Source: Bilabrum cf. latius
Lineage: Eukaryota
Reading direction: 5' to 3'
Assembly (NCBI GenBank): GCA_965178125.1
Contig: OZ237741.1
Location: forward strand, 186,001 to 250,000
DNA length: 64,000 nt
The notes under the pieces were generated by a model. The model had not been told where the DNA came from and ran no database searches. It saw nothing but the letters and a program-made list of their open reading frames with translations. The position numbers and the translations under genes are program-made. Within the stretch, counting starts at the first letter, position 1. Every line of letters starts with the position of its first letter. Of this stretch, positions 34,654 to 48,576 are shown in pieces.

Positions 34654-37440
34654 TCACACAGGGCTCTAGCCCCCACTCCTGGCTGCAGTCTGTCCCTCGC
34701 TCCGCCCCCCCTCCATCTCCTGCAGCAGCCTCCACCCGCTCTGCAATGCTCCCTTGCCGCCTTCTCCACGTCCACGTCCACCTCCCTCCTGCCGGTGCGC
34801 ATCATGCTCCTGATTTGACTCTCGTCTCGCGCCGTCACCGGCTCGAGCACTTGCTCCGCTGCTTGCCCCACCGTGCTCGCCTCCCCTGGTACCAGCGTGC
34901 AGCTGTGCTCGCACATCGGCAAGCACTTGCCCGTCCCCACCGCGCCCCACCGCCCTCGCTTCTCCCCCAGGAACCCTCCCAGTCGACACCGCGGTGCTAC
35001 CGCCATGACCACGACTACGACTGCTGCTGCTCCCCGATTCAAACCGACGCTTGCCCTCGCCCTCCTAGCCTCCAGCACCGTCGGGGTGCTCGCCCAGATC
35101 AGCCGCCGAGAAGCTCAGCTCGAACTGGGACCCGGGGCCCAGGCCGTACGTGCGAGTGTTGCCTGCACCCACGCCATCGTGGCTGGTGCTGCCGCTCGCA
35201 CGCCCGGTACTACTGCCTTTGCTTCCCGCATGCTGACCCCTGCTCCTGTCCCTATCCGGCAGCCCGCCCCTCTGGATCTGCTCGAGCGAGGACCGCACTA
35301 GCTCGGCCGCGATCTCTGCCGCGCTGGGGCCATGGGCCCTGCTATCTCTGAGCTCGCCCCCATAGTTGTTCCCTGCACCACTGTTCCCTGGACCTCCCCG
35401 ACCCGCCCCCCACTCACCTGCTGCTCCGGAAGCCCCAGCCCCAGCACCAGCACCGCCGTCACGCCGCCCGTCGTAGGCATCGTCTGCCCTTCCGCCCTCA
35501 CCAGTGACACCACTCGTCACACCCCCTCGAATCCTCGGCACTGGCAGCAGGCCCCCCACTTGCCCCTCGATCCCCTCGTACCCCCTCACCAGCCCCTGCA
35601 GCCTGCTCCCCCGGTCCTCCGCCTCTCTCCTGCCTCTCCTCTCCCGCTCCAAGGCCCCTTTGAGGCCGGCGATCTATTCCGCCAAGGAGTTCTGCATGAG
35701 CGCGCGGGCGTGGCGGGAAGACGCCAGCTGTGACGTCAGCTCTGACACCTGCTCCTGAAGGCCGGCGCGCGCCACCTCGGCCGCTGTGGTGCGCGCCGCG
35801 CCCTCCCTCTGAGCTGCCTCCGCCCTCTCCCTCGCCCCGATAGCCGACTCCAGCTCCTTCAGGCAGCGGGAGAGCTCCCCGCGGAGCAGTTTCTCCGCGT
35901 GTGATGAGCTTTCGCGGAGGCCGGCCAGGTCCCGAGCAGCTGCTCCGTGCTCGCTCCTCGCTCGGTTGAGGGCGTCTCTCGTGTCCTGCAGGGACTCCGA
36001 CAGCGCCTTGTTTTCCGCTCCGAGTTGCTGGTTGTGTTCCCTGAGGTCCGCGAGATCGTGCGACTGTCTCGAGTTCTCCGACTCCAGGGAGCGAACCTTC
36101 TCTTCGAGTTCACCGAGCCGGCTGGTCGCGTCTGTGGCCCTCGACTTCTCCGAGGCGAGCACGCCCTCGGTGGACCGCTGCAGGGACTACATCCTGTCCA
36201 TCTGGCGCCTGGCTTCCTCCGCCTCTTCGATGGCTCGCCTCGCCTCCCTCTCTCTGTTCTCCGCCGCCTCTGCGCCCCTCCTGACCTCTTGCTAGGCGGC
36301 TGCCAGCCTCTGCTGCTGGTCCTCGATGTAGTCCAGGGCCACGTCCCGCTCCTTTTCGGCTCCGGATACCTTGTTCCTCAGCGCCTCGATCTCCCCCCGG
36401 GCACCCTGCAGCTGCTGCTGGAGCGAGGCAGCAGCTTCACTTGACGCCTAAAGTTCCTGGGACCGAGACCGGGTGCTGGACTCTGCCGCCCGCAGTGCTT
36501 CTCGCACCCTGCGGAGCTCCTCTGCAAGTGTGGTGGAAGGGGGAAGAGAAGCGGGGTGTGGTGGAAGGGGAAGAGAAGCGATGTGGGGAGGCAGGACAGT
36601 GTATGAGACGATGGGACGGCATGGGGGTGATACGGTGACTATGTGGTGCGTCGTCTACCAACTTGAGGTGCGTAAGCAGGCACTGTGCTTGGTTGCGTGT
36701 GGCTGCCTGCTTGCGGTTGTCTCACCTTCCTTCCCCGCCGCCCTTGCCGCCATCCGTTGCTCCGCATCCCTTGCCCTCCCCACCTCGAACAGCAGGCCAG
36801 CCCTCCTGGCCTGGGCCGTGGGCAGTGACGCCAGGTCGGCAACCAGAGCAGCGGTCCTGTCGCCACTGGCGCCGGCTGGGTCCGCGCCCTCGATGCCGGA
36901 GCCAGTGCCCCTTCCTTTACCGGAGCCATGAGATGGAGAAGAAGAATCTGTGATGTCTGTGTGCTTGCCGAGCACCTGCTCGGCCCTGACCTGCAGCGCC
37001 GCCACGAGCCTTCGGATCTCCGAGGCGGCATCGTCGAGCTTCGCCTCCTGCTCCTCCACGCGCTCACGAAGAGAGTCGCGGTCGGATCGGACTGCCAGAA
37101 GCTCCTGCTTTACTTGGCTGAGCCTGTCGGCCAGGGCTTTACCCTCCCTCCCCACTACGATGCGGGACTCCAGCTTTCGCAACCGGTCCATGGCTGTCCT
37201 CTTCGCTGCCTGTTCTTTGTCCTTCTCTTGCTGCAGCGCTGTCACCTACCGGCGAAATCTTGCCAGTTCCCTAATATTAACTGTTTCGGCATCTTTTGTC
37301 CCAACTAGCTGCTTCTTCGCGTCGTGGTGCTGCGCTTCGAGCTTCGACACCTTCTTTCTCAACCTTTCATTTGCGCGCTCCGAAGCAGCAAGCTGTCGCC
37401 GCAGCCGAGTCTCCTCTCGGAGTCCTTGGGAGACTGACAT
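34654..37440 (-). CDS. Coiled-coil protein, family not recognised
   Basis: Heptad-rich frame with probable intron 36522-36725. TAG at 37246, 36448, 36292, 36187, 35674, 35065, 34666. Ends TGA 34654. Confidence 0.72.
36528..36580. repeat. Two-copy ~27-bp direct repeat in an intron
   Basis: gtgtggtggaagggg(g)aagagaagcg occurs twice in tandem. Confidence 0.8.
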
Positions 37441-37593
37441 GCCTACAGAGCCTTTTTTGTAAGTTTTTTAGTTTCCAACGGTCGCCGGTTGCAACCTACA
37501 AGGGAGTTGTAACGAGTACAAATTACAAAAATCTGGAAAACTCTGGCAAGACAAATTCCAGCGTACTCGAGCTTCAGACGCATTTACAGCAAT

Positions 37594-39420
37594 ATGGCAG
37601 GTGGATTTCCATTTCATGCATTCGGAGGTATCCCGATGGGTGGAGGAACCCGCGTTTTCATGGGAGGCATGCCAGGGGGCATGCCAGGGGGCTTCGGTGG
37701 ATTCCCTGGAATGGGGGGCCACGGGCCGGACGATTCCGACGACGAGGGAGAGGTGAGGCCGTTAATCCCCGCTTATGCATCCTCAATACGCGTGCAGTAA
37801 TTGTCTTGACTGCGTGGGTGCGCTAGGGGTTCGGTTTGTTGTAGTTCCCGGTTCTCCAAGCCGAGGGTGTCCACCTGGCAGCACCGGCGTACCGCTCCAG
37901 TGCTGACTTTGATGCTCGTCAATGTCTGCGCATGGAAACAAATCATGTTGATATTTCATTATCAAATGCACTGGGACTCTCTTGTGGGTCCGGCACACTG
38001 TAATTTGCATGGGCTTGCACCCTTTGAACGTCACTCGAGGGCATTGCCGTGTTCTCAGGTATGAGCTTTCCCTCCTGATCGCAGATGGACAACGAGACCT
38101 ATTACAATGTACTTGGAGTTGAGAAGGATGCTTCTCTCTCTGAGATCAAGAAAGCCTACAGGGTTCGAATGATGAAAGTGAGCAGTGTCTTCAAGCGACG
38201 ACGTGGAACCTCATGCTTCGGCTGCCTGCGATTTCGGCTTGCTAGCAGCCCAAACACGGTCATCGTTGATGTATAAATGAACTACTTGGACTTACATACG
38301 TGCTATTTCTAGATGCAACTGTATGGCTGGGCACTGTCGAGCCTGCAATGAGCGCATGTTCGCCCAGTGCCTCCCTTCCGTGTGCTTGTGCAACCTTCAT
38401 GCTGCATGTATCCATTATTCTTGTGTATCACAGGGCGAGTATAGGCATCCTGATCGCGGCGGAGACAAGGACAAGTTTTCCCTCCTGCAGAAAGCGTACG
38501 AGGCGCTGAGCGACGCAGAGTCCAGGGCTGTCTACAACGCAAAGGGCGAGAAGGGTTTGCAGCGCATGTCAGAGGGAGCCAGCGGCGGGGGCTCCAAGCC
38601 CAAGGGCAGGTCCTCCATGGTCCGCGTGCGCTTGACGCTGGAGGAGATGTACAACGGGAAGAAGGTCGTCGTCCCCGTGGACGCCGACACCTTCGAGCCC
38701 GACCCCAGGGGGTCGGTGATGACCCCCGACGGGCGAAGGTTCCGCAAGGTGTCCACACGGAAGCGCCTCGAGGTGCACGTGCCCCCTGGGGCGCGCAACG
38801 GACAGCGCATCACCTTCGACGGGGAGGGCGACAAGATGCCCGGCATGGACCCCGGGGATGTCGTGGTGGTGCTGCAGCAGCAGAAGCACTCCGTGTTCGA
38901 GCGCAAGGGCGCCGACCTGATCTTGCAGAAGGAGATCTCTCTGTGCGAGGCACTCACAGGGGTGGACTTCACCTTCACGCACCTGGACGGTTCCAGGGTG
39001 CGCATCCGCAGCAAGCCGGGCGAGATCCTGGGCCCCAAGACCGTCAAGGAGGTGGCTGGGGAGGGCATGCCCGTCCTGGGGCACGAGCGGTACATGAAGG
39101 GGGCGCTCTTCGTGGCCTTTGAGGTTGATTTCCCCGACAAGCTGCAGCTCAGCGTGGCGCAGCGGAGGGCACTCATCAGCGTGCTGCGGGGCACGGACGC
39201 TTTCAAGGTGGGGGACGAGCAGGCGGCGGCCGGCCGCGGGGCCAAGCCCGCCCCTGGCTCGGAAAGGGAAGAGGCCGCTGGCGCTGGGGAGGCCAAGGAG
39301 GAGTTCAAGGAGCTGGTGGACGTGGACCTGGAGGCCAGAAAGGCCCGTGAGGAGCTGAGCAAGGAGACGTACGACTCGGACGAGGAGCAGGGAGGAGGCG
39401 TGCAGTGCGCCCAGGCGTGA
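37594..39420 (+). CDS. Hsp40/DnaJ chaperone, DNAJA/Ydj1-like but lacking the zinc-finger region
   Basis: Exons 37594-37752, 38085-38177, 38434-39420. J domain YYNVLGV...IKKAYR...HPDRGGD, C-domain PGDVVVVL...HSVFERKGADL...ISLCEALTG, terminal CAAX-like VQCAQA. Ends TGA. No TAG. Confidence 0.92.
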
Positions 39421-39798
39421 GTGGGTGAGTGAGTGAGTGCGACGGCTGGGCTCGGGCTCTGTGTTTTCTGTCTCTGCTTCGGTGCGGCGAGGTGGGGTTG
39501 CGGGTGTGGAGGCGGGGGAACAAGAGGTCTGGGCTGCGTGAGCGCGGATCGAGGGCTTGCCAGCTATGCTGCTCCTGCTTCAGCAGCTCCCAAAGTAGGG
39601 GTTGTTCCAGGTCGATTCTCGCTTGTCAGAATACTAATATCATCGTGTAGAATGAAGTCTTGCTGATGGGCCACTTTAAGCATTAATTTTGCAGCAACAC
39701 CCGCTTGGCTCATTTCCGGTCCGTTGGTCGCTCGCCTGCGCAATGGTCGCAACACCCAGCCTTCGCCGGCTAGGTTCCACACTAGCACGGCGTCTACG

Positions 39799-42700
39799 AT
39801 GGCTAGCTCGGCATCAGATGACCACAGTACTCCGCTTGTAGACATGACCATTGCTCTTGGAGGGGGGAAGGAGCGCTCATTGATCCTCATGAGAGGGCAA
39901 GACCCTGTGGAAGCCGTCGACAGGTTTATGGCAGAACAGAGCCTTCCAAGCGCAGCAAGGGATATCTTGATCTCAGAACTATTAACGACAATGTCAAATA
40001 TAGACACTTCTGCACTTGGTGCGACATCGTCTCCCCCAGGTCAGCGTGCTGCGGCACCAAGACCAGACGAAGTCGCATCCAGGGAGCCTCACGAAGAGGA
40101 GCAGCTGCACAACACATCTATACCGCGTTCTGGGAAGCGGTCAGCATCATCTGTACCGAATATGAAGCGAAGGTCGCCCCGATCTGGCAGACGCAGTCCG
40201 CTGGAAAGTCCGCCAGGTATGCCGGTACCTCCAGCACAGCTTCGGCGCGGTGCTCAGCACCAAGGTCCAGTTCGTGCCGCGGTTCCAGTCCATACAGGCG
40301 TTGACAGCTTCGATCTACCTGGAAGTAAGCAGCGCCGCGACCCGATCGGTGCCGGTGCCGGCACCCTTGAAGACGTCAGCCCGGGCAGGCGATCTCCCGG
40401 GTTACCCGAGGGATTTGACAGCCGCTCTCGGGCCAGCTCGCCAGCGGGCTCCGTCGACACGCACAGAACGATTGGAACGACTGAGGGTGCAAGGGCTGCT
40501 CAGTTTGAATCCCTTCAGCGGAGCGTGGCTCGGTCTCGGGGAGGTCGCAGCGGAGCCGGCCGCGGCCGGAGGCGAGGCCAGCCAAGGCGAGCCAGTGCTT
40601 CGGGCCACCGGAAGCCGCGCGACCTCACGGAACAGCAGCGGCGTGGGCGCCGCGGGAGCAATTCCGACCAGGCTAGCAGCAGGGCGGGGAGCGAGCACGA
40701 GCCCCGAGCAGCTGCTCCGCCATCGGCCGTGGGGCGTGTCCCCTCCGTGGGGCTCGAGGGGAAGCCCCACCCATGGGCGAGCAGAGAAACAGGGGCCATC
40801 CCGGTCGCTAGAGGCCACGCAGGAACGAAGCCCAGGAGCATGCCGGGGGCAAAGCCGGGCTCTGGAGCAGGACTAGGAGCAGCCACTGGCACTGCGGCTG
40901 GCGGCGCGACCAAGGGCACCGGAGCAGGTGCTCGGGCGGGCGCTCGGCTGTACGAGCAGGCGCGCAGTCGGCACCGCAGCCGGAGCGAGCAGCGTGCCGC
41001 TCGCGAGGCCGCCGCGCATAACAAGAAGAAGCAGCTGCCGGCACACGTGGACGAGCGCATCCAGCAGGCCGCCCATCGGCTGTACGAGGTGAGGAAACAA
41101 ACGAGAGCGACTCGTTGGCTGGGAGAGTATTCATGATGCACGTACAACTGCTCGCATGGCGCGTGCTTTCCAATTTGCCTGTGCGCCTCCCCCGCTATCG
41201 TGCGTGACGCCACTGCCTGCCTCTCCTTTTTTCACGCGACCAGCGCGCCCATCCCTTCCACGGCGTTCCTATGCACATACGTACACACCGCAGGACGCCG
41301 CCAAGCGGAGCACTCGTCTGCAGCAGGACATCAAGAAGCACGAGAGACAGATCAAGCAAGTGGCGCGCAATCCGTTCCAGCAGAAAGCCCTCGCCTCCAC
41401 CGAGCAGGAGGAGGAGGAGAGAAAGCGAAGAAGTGCAGCAGCAGAGGCGAGCAGGGCCAGGCACGCGCAGAAAGCCAAGGAGCTCGTCGCAGGGATGGTC
41501 CGCGCCAGGGCGGCGAGCGTGGCAGGCAGCACCGCAGGCAGCGTGGCTGGCTCCACGGCCGGCCAGCAGGAAGGAGGAGACGCGGCTAGCGTGGCGTCCG
41601 TGCAGATCCCTCCCGAGGCGGAGCAGGAGGCTGCCGCTGTCTCGGAGGCGCTCAGCCACGCGGTACTGGCTGATGATGTGGTGGCTCGCATGCGGATCGA
41701 CTCCGAGCTTCGGCTGATCGAGCGAGCAAAGAGGGAGAGGCAGCGCAAGGAGGAGCAGGAGGCCCGCGAGAAGGAGGGTCTCAGGGACAGGCCCAAGGTG
41801 TCCACTCGGTCCAGGGACATGGCCCGACGGCTGGGCGGGCACGACCTGAGGATGGCACGGGCAATGAGGAGGCAGCGCCTAGTGGAGAGCGAGGTGAGGG
41901 CCGCGCGTAAGAAGGAGGAGGAGCAGCTCACGTTCAGGCCGAGGATCAACGAGCAGTCGGAGAGGCTCGTGATGGAGAAACGAGAGTCGGCTGAGGGCAC
42001 AGGGGGCGGCGCAGCAAGCGTTGCGAGCGTGGAGCAGGGCTTGCTGCAGCGGCTGGAAGCTGACATCGAGAGGAGGAGGAAGGCCCAGCGCAGGAGAGAG
42101 AAGCAGGAGCTGCCCGAGTGCCCGTTCCGGCCGCAGGTTGGGGGTCCCTCGGGGCACTCGCCTCTGAGGAACAAGAAGAAACAGAAGAACAGAGGCAAGG
42201 GCGGCGGCTCTACCGCGGGAAGCTCCGAGGGAAAGGGCGGAGACGAGGAGGGAGAGCAGTCCGTGTTCGATCGACTGGCTCGGGAAGCCGACGTCAAGCG
42301 TCGCAAGAGGCAGGTCGTTGCAGCACTGGCAGCTCGGTTCGATCCAGAGACCGGCCGGGCGCTCTTCCAGCCCAACGCAGAGGGTGGCACCTCGGAGATC
42401 CACGAGGCGATAGCTAGGCTGACTGAGCAGCAGCAGCAGCAGCAGCAGCAGCAGTCTCGGCATGGCAGCGCGGGCGATGACTCGAACGCTTCTCCAGGCC
42501 GAAGCTCCACGGGCTCCTCGGTGAGCGGCCACCACGCGCGCGATGGGTCTGCCCTGTCCTTCGCATCCAGCATCGGCGGTCGAAGCAAGCGATCGAGTCA
42601 GGCACTCGTAGATGCACTGCATGCCGATGCGGAGCGAAGAGCCAGGCAGCGGGGCCTCCTAGGTGCATTGGAGGATGCAAGAGCAGCGGCCAACACCCGA

Positions 42701-44326
42701 CGCAAGGTCTCAAACCCAGCCTCCAGGCACCTGCTGGACCGCATGAGGAAACAGGCGTTCTCCCCGGTGTTCGTGCTGCTCAAGCGGTCCTGCGGCATGT
42801 CCAGGAAACAACTCGATGCCCGGTCTCGCATGCTCGGTTTGCTTGCGGACGCAGGCCACGCCAGCGATGGCGGTCCCAACGAGTCGCAGAACGCGCGTGA
42901 CATGGACCTCCTGGCGCCGATATACGCGGGTCTGCGACCGGGTGTCGACGTCGGGTCCGGTGCTGCATCTGGAGGGGATGGGGTGGGGGATGACCCGCGG
43001 GACGAGTTGGAGGGTCCCTTGCAGGTGGCCGAGTGCCACCTTGAGGTGCTCCACCCCGAGCTGGTGCCGCTGGTGGAGGCCGGACTCCAGGCAGCGGCGA
43101 GGCATTCAGGGCGGGCTGGTGATGCTGGTCCCAGCGCCGGTTCAAACTGTGCCGCTGGTGGTGATGATGGCGCCGTGACTCGGCTGTCGTTCGATGATTT
43201 CTGCCGGGCTCTGGGCCCCGTGTTCGAGAGGGAAGGGGGCGGCTCCAGCGTGTATCTCGCGATGAGGAAGAGCAGGCAAGGGGGAGAGGCAGGCGCTGGT
43301 GCCGGTCCTGGCAGTGGATTTGGCCCGAGCGGCACGATGCGCCAGACAGATGCCGGCAGCAAGGCCAAGGCCAAGGCCACGGCGGGCGATGAGCGCTTCC
43401 CGAACACCGTCGCGCATGAGTGGCCCCTCAAACCAGAGGAGGAAGCGGAGCTCACGTTCCGGCCGCAGCTGGATAGCGCCTCCCGTCTCATAGTGAACCA
43501 GTCGCACTCCGGTGACAGGCGGGTGTTCGATCGCCTTTACGCGTCCGCGGTGCAGCAGAGGAGGAAGCTGGATCAAACGAGGCGGGTAGCGGTGCAGCAG
43601 GAGAGCGAAGTGCCTGCCTTCAAGGCGAGGCCGGCTCCTGCCAGCGCGAGGCAGGCTGACGTCACTACTGTGGCTGACGTGGCCGCGGCTACCTCCTCAG
43701 AGGGTACCGGCAAGGACACGACCGGCTTGACCGGGAGCGCGTCGGGCAGTGGCACCCAGGGCCCGGCTCTTGCTCGCAGGTCGTACGTCCTGCCGTCCTC
43801 GGCGGCGCATGCGCTGGGAGACGATGCGATCGCGCCTCTAATGATGCAGACAGCTAGGCGACGGGCCACTGAAAGCTTGCATGGCAGGACCCGAGGCAGC
43901 TCGATTGGGCTGGACGCGGAGACCGGCCATGAGGTTGGAGGAAAGCAGGACGTGCCATCTGAAGACGTGCATGACGGTGATTGCAAGGGGGCGGATCAAG
44001 AACACGGGCAGGAAGGTGCCACCAGCGAAGCTGCTGCTGGGGCATACCAGCAGCAGGCGGGGCCCGTTGCAGGAGACACGCACCCGCTAAAGCTGCCACC
44101 ACCACCACCGCCCGCCGTGGCTGACAGAGGCCAGGCCGCGCACGCGCCCCCGGGCATGGGAGGGTCTGAAGCAGCAGCCCGCGCGAGTACTGCCGGCGGG
44201 CAGAGCCAGTCCCAGGCAGCCGCGCCGCCGTCCGAGCCCGCGGCTCCACCGTCACCGGTGCTTGCGGCAACGCGAAGAAGCCTGCGCGACAAGTTGCGGA
44301 ACATGCATCAGGGCGGAAGAAGTTGA
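39799..44326 (+). CDS. Large low-complexity protein with repeated (E/Q)(L/C)xFRP and VFDRL motifs, possibly microtubule-associated
   Basis: Two long ORFs joined in frame by intron 41089-41293. Motifs QLTFRPRIN, ECPFRPQV, ELTFRPQLD, SVFDRL, RVFDRLY. Ends TGA. Confidence 0.75.
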
Positions 44327-44477
44327 GTGTGGACCAGGACTCGAGATACACGAAATCCGATGCGTACATGACTACAATTTCCTAATCTATTCAAGCCAAG
44401 CAACACCGAAGGCGCCTGGGTCAGCTGACACTGGCCTGAACTCTGTGATCCACACCCAGCACATTAGCCTCCTTTCA

Positions 44478-47400
44478 TTATTTGAGGAACAGTTGAGCCA
44501 GTTCCTCCAGCGCAAGAGAGTCGTCCAGTCCGCAGGCCACAAGGTACCTGCACGCAGTGTCGATGCGGCGGGAGGGCCGGTGGCCCTGGGAGCTCATGGA
44601 CATTAGGGAAGGCGCCGTGGTCAGGGTCCGAGCAGTGCTGGGCGCCGACCATGAAGGACGTCTTGGTGCCCCTGAGAAAGGCTGCCTGCTCCTGGTAGTA
44701 GAGGTGCCGAACCGTCCCTGAGGGCCGGCACTGCTGTGGCTCAGCAGCCCCTACCCAGCCGCACCGCCTCCGTTGTCAGGTGCAGTCTGCATTCGCCTCG
44801 AGGCTGGTGGCAGCTGGGGCGAGTGGAGCAGTGAGCTCCCGGTGGATGCAGCCCCGTCGCCGTCAAGAGTGTTGGACCTGCGCCTGCCCCTGCTCCTCCT
44901 CCTGACCGCCTCCTCTTCCTCCCCCGAGGCATCCCCCACAGGCATCCTCTGCCTGGCATGTCCCTCGAAGCTCTCGAACGAACCCGACTTGCCCTCGGGA
45001 CCACCCCCGCTGCCGCCTCGGCTAGGCGATAGCGGTTTCCGTGGCCTCGGTGGAGGGGGTGCCCTCCCACCAGAGTCTGCGCGCTGCCTCCCTTGCGCGA
45101 ATGACACGCGATGGGGGCCGCTCTCCTCTGCGGACGGCCCGATTGGTCCTGTGCTCGGGGTGGCCGTGCTGTCCAAGTCAAGGTCTCCAGACCCGGGCTC
45201 AGATGCGTCAACTTTAGACATGGTATCCGCGGCTGGGCTGTGGTAGCCATGGCTGCGCGTGTCCAGCGCGCTGCTCGAGTCGCTGTCCCCTTCCACAGAG
45301 GACACCATATGCGCTCCCACCTCCGCGTCAAAGCTTGTCTACCGCAGGCCCATCGTACCATTCCCGAAGTACCCGTGTCCCTGTCCACTGGCTCCGCTCC
45401 GGGAATGCATGGCATCATCGCCACCACCGCCGCCGCTGCCATGCCCCGCGATCGCCTGCGAGGTCGAGCCGAGCCTCCTCCTGCTGAGTGACTCGCCCCT
45501 TCTCTCCACGACCGTGCCGAGCGCGGGCGGTCGCTTGCTGCTGCTGCCTACGTGCCCTGCGCTGCGGGAGGGGCCCTTGGGCAGCCTGCCTCCGGCGCTG
45601 CGATCGCTCAGCATGCGCTACGGGGAGGCTGTGCTGCCCGCGGAGCTGTTGCGAGAAAGCCCCGCGATGCCACTTCCCGCCGTCCCGGGCCCGAAAGACG
45701 CCGACGAGTGCGCACTTGGCAGGTCGGCGAGGTAGTTCGTCTTGGCCAACCCGTCGCTGAGCGCCCAGGCCAGGGACCCCGGACCCATGGACCCAGGCCC
45801 AACCATCGAGGAGCCGCCGTGGACGTCTCGCCTCGGCGTCACGTGGCTGAATGCCTGTGATGCCGCGTCGTCTTCAGCCGCCCTCATTTCCCTGGCCGCC
45901 CACGCCCATCTGGAGATAGCCACTTTCATCTCCAGCCTGCGGTCGATCCGGTCCAGCTTGATGATGCCCCTCGTGAAGTTGATCCTCTGCTTGTCCAGCC
46001 GCTGCGTGAACCCAGTGGCGATGATGCCGGAGGGCAGGGTGAACAGACCGATGAGGCACAGGGCGCCCAGAGTGAACAGCGTCTTCCCCACGGGAGTCAC
46101 GGGTGTCACGTCTCCGAACCCCACGGTGGAGAGCGAGATGACCGCCCAGTACCACGCGTGCCACATGTTGCGGATCTTGCTGTTCTCGTCCTTCTCGGCC
46201 AGGAACACGATGGAAGCGAGCATGGACACCGTGAGGACAGAGAGCAAGAAAGCGGTCAGGATCTCCACGTGCTTGTCCCGCACCACGCGGCCAAGCAGCT
46301 TGAGACCTGGGAAGTAGCGGACGAGCTTGAGACCCCGCAGTATGCGCGGCAGGCGGAGCCCATTCGCAGCGGAGCTTACCGCGTACAGGTCGAATAGGGC
46401 CCCGCCCGTCACGCACCACGCTATCGTCGGCGCAATGCTGATGACGTCCACCAATGTCATGGGCTGCATGGCGTACTCCAGCCTCGCCTTCCACTTGACC
46501 TCTCCAAAGCACCTGCACATGACTCCGTCGCAGCAGCACGAGCACATCTCGCTCATTTCCTGGGTCAGCCTAAGGTCCACCGTGCAGGCGTACAGCTGTG
46601 CGCAGTACTCGGCGAGAAACAGCGCCGATGTGACGAGATCGATGATCATGCACGCCAGGCGGATGCGGCTGCTGCCCAGGCTCTCCACCTCGTCCTCGTT
46701 CTGAAGTGTCTCTGTGGCCACACCGGCGCACGACAGCAGTACCAGCAGGAACATGGCCCACCAGACGCGCTTAGTCATCGTGGTGAAGGCCTTTCCCTGG
46801 GTCAGCAGAAAGTACAAGCGTCGCTTCACACGCTTGCGGCGTACGCTCGCGGTACGGGCGTCCCGCGCGCGCAGCAGTGCAATGCCCCTGGAGCCAGCAT
46901 TTCGGACTGGCACGGGCATCTCCCCGTTGGCGGCGCCGTCCAGCATCGACGCCCTCAGGGGGTTAGCATGCATGGAACCCCGCCTGCCACTGGTCGGGCC
47001 CCTGTTCCTCAATCCTACTCCCGCCTGGATGGGCACAGGGGAAATCGGCCCGTCCTCATCGCCATCACCCCCCACCCCGCCTGCTCCTGCCTGCATCGCA
47101 CCCAGCAGCAGGTTTGCCCTTCGCCTCTTGGGTGTCCTTGGCCTGGTCTTGCTGCCGTCCGACCCCGTGGCGGACCCGGTGGCGCTGGTCCCGCTCACGG
47201 ACGCGTCTGCCCTCGCATGAGACCCCCCCATCATCATCTCATCGTGCGTGTCACCATCACCATCACCATCACCATCACCGTCCCCATCGCCCATGGAACG
47301 CTCGCTGTCCACCGAAGCGAGCCGCAGTCGAGGCACAGCGGGCCTCAGCCTAGGGGCAGTGACGCTGTCGGAGCGCTCGCGGGCCCCATGCACTGCGCTG

Positions 47401-48296
47401 ACCAGCGCAGCGTTGTTCCGCACGACCTCTCCCTCGCCGCGCGCTCGCGCGGCGCCAGTTCCGCTACCCTCGCGAGGCTCCTCGCCGGGAGCCTGCCCGC
47501 TGGGTGAGCTGCGTGCGAGCGCGGCTGCAATGTCCGGGCCGATCTGCCCGGTGCCATCAGTGGGGCTGCTTCGCAACTGGGACCATCGTCTGCTCGGCGT
47601 GCGACCGTTTGTCGAGTCTTGCAGCTGCTGCACTGAGACGACTGAGTTTCGAGGCATCGATCGAGTGCTGAGCGACGCTTCCCGCCCGAAGGACTGCATT
47701 TCAAACAGGGAGGGAGGCCTGCGCATTTCACCTCCTTGCTGGTCTACTAATTCCGATCGGTCGGGCCGCGAAGGCCGCTGCGGAGGCGGCGGCCTGCCTT
47801 GCTGCGGCTGGTTGCCTGCGTCAGTGCCGTCCGGGTTCCGGTCGCCGCGTCCGAAATCTTCTCGATCCCTGATTGAAGCGACTTGTCGTCTCTTTGCAAA
47901 CTATCTTGGCAACGATCCAGCTGTGTCCTGCGTCCGGGACCGCCCCCTCTGCTCCTCGAAACTGCTATGCAAGGCGTCCGAACCTGAGCTCTCTCGATGC
48001 TCGCCAAGTCGACCGGAAGCTGCGCTCAAGCGGCCGCTCTCATGCGACAGCATTCGCCCCCCACGAGATTCCGTTGAGCCTCGCCTGCTGTCGCGTGACG
48101 ACGAACTCCCAAAGCGTCCTAAGCGCTGCTCGGGACGACCGTTTACGTCCACGAAGTCCCGCGTCCCAGCAATACGCAAGGAGCCCCGCCGTCTTCTCTC
48201 TTCCGCTGCAGATAAATAGAACAATGGAATATCAGGGGGCAGCCACTGGGCGAGTTGCAAGGGGCGCAGTGCCACGCAAATATCGCAACTACTCAC
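44478..48296 (-). CDS. Voltage-gated potassium channel (6TM) with long disordered termini; 5' end uncertain
   Basis: S4 LRLPRILRGLKLVR and pore WYWAVISLSTVGFGDVTP. Same-frame ORFs joined by TAG at 47901, 45618, 45339, 44751. Ends TAA 44478. Confidence 0.88.
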
Positions 48297-48576
48297 AGCT
48301 CATCGTTTCGCTATTTAATGCTGGTCCTCCCCAATGGAATCAGTCCAGCATAATCACTACTGGGATGATGAGTTTATGCGGCTCTACTCCAGATGGGTAA
48401 GAGTACACCTCTCGAGGACCGCGAGTGCTGGGTGCAGCCGTCCAGGCGAGATTGCCAGTGGTCGCAAAGGTGACATCCCGATGGCCCCACCAGGTGGGTC
48501 GCACAGAAGACAGATAGATACAACATACCCACTGTTTGAGTCGGAAATCAATGTCACCAATCGACAAGCAAACGTT

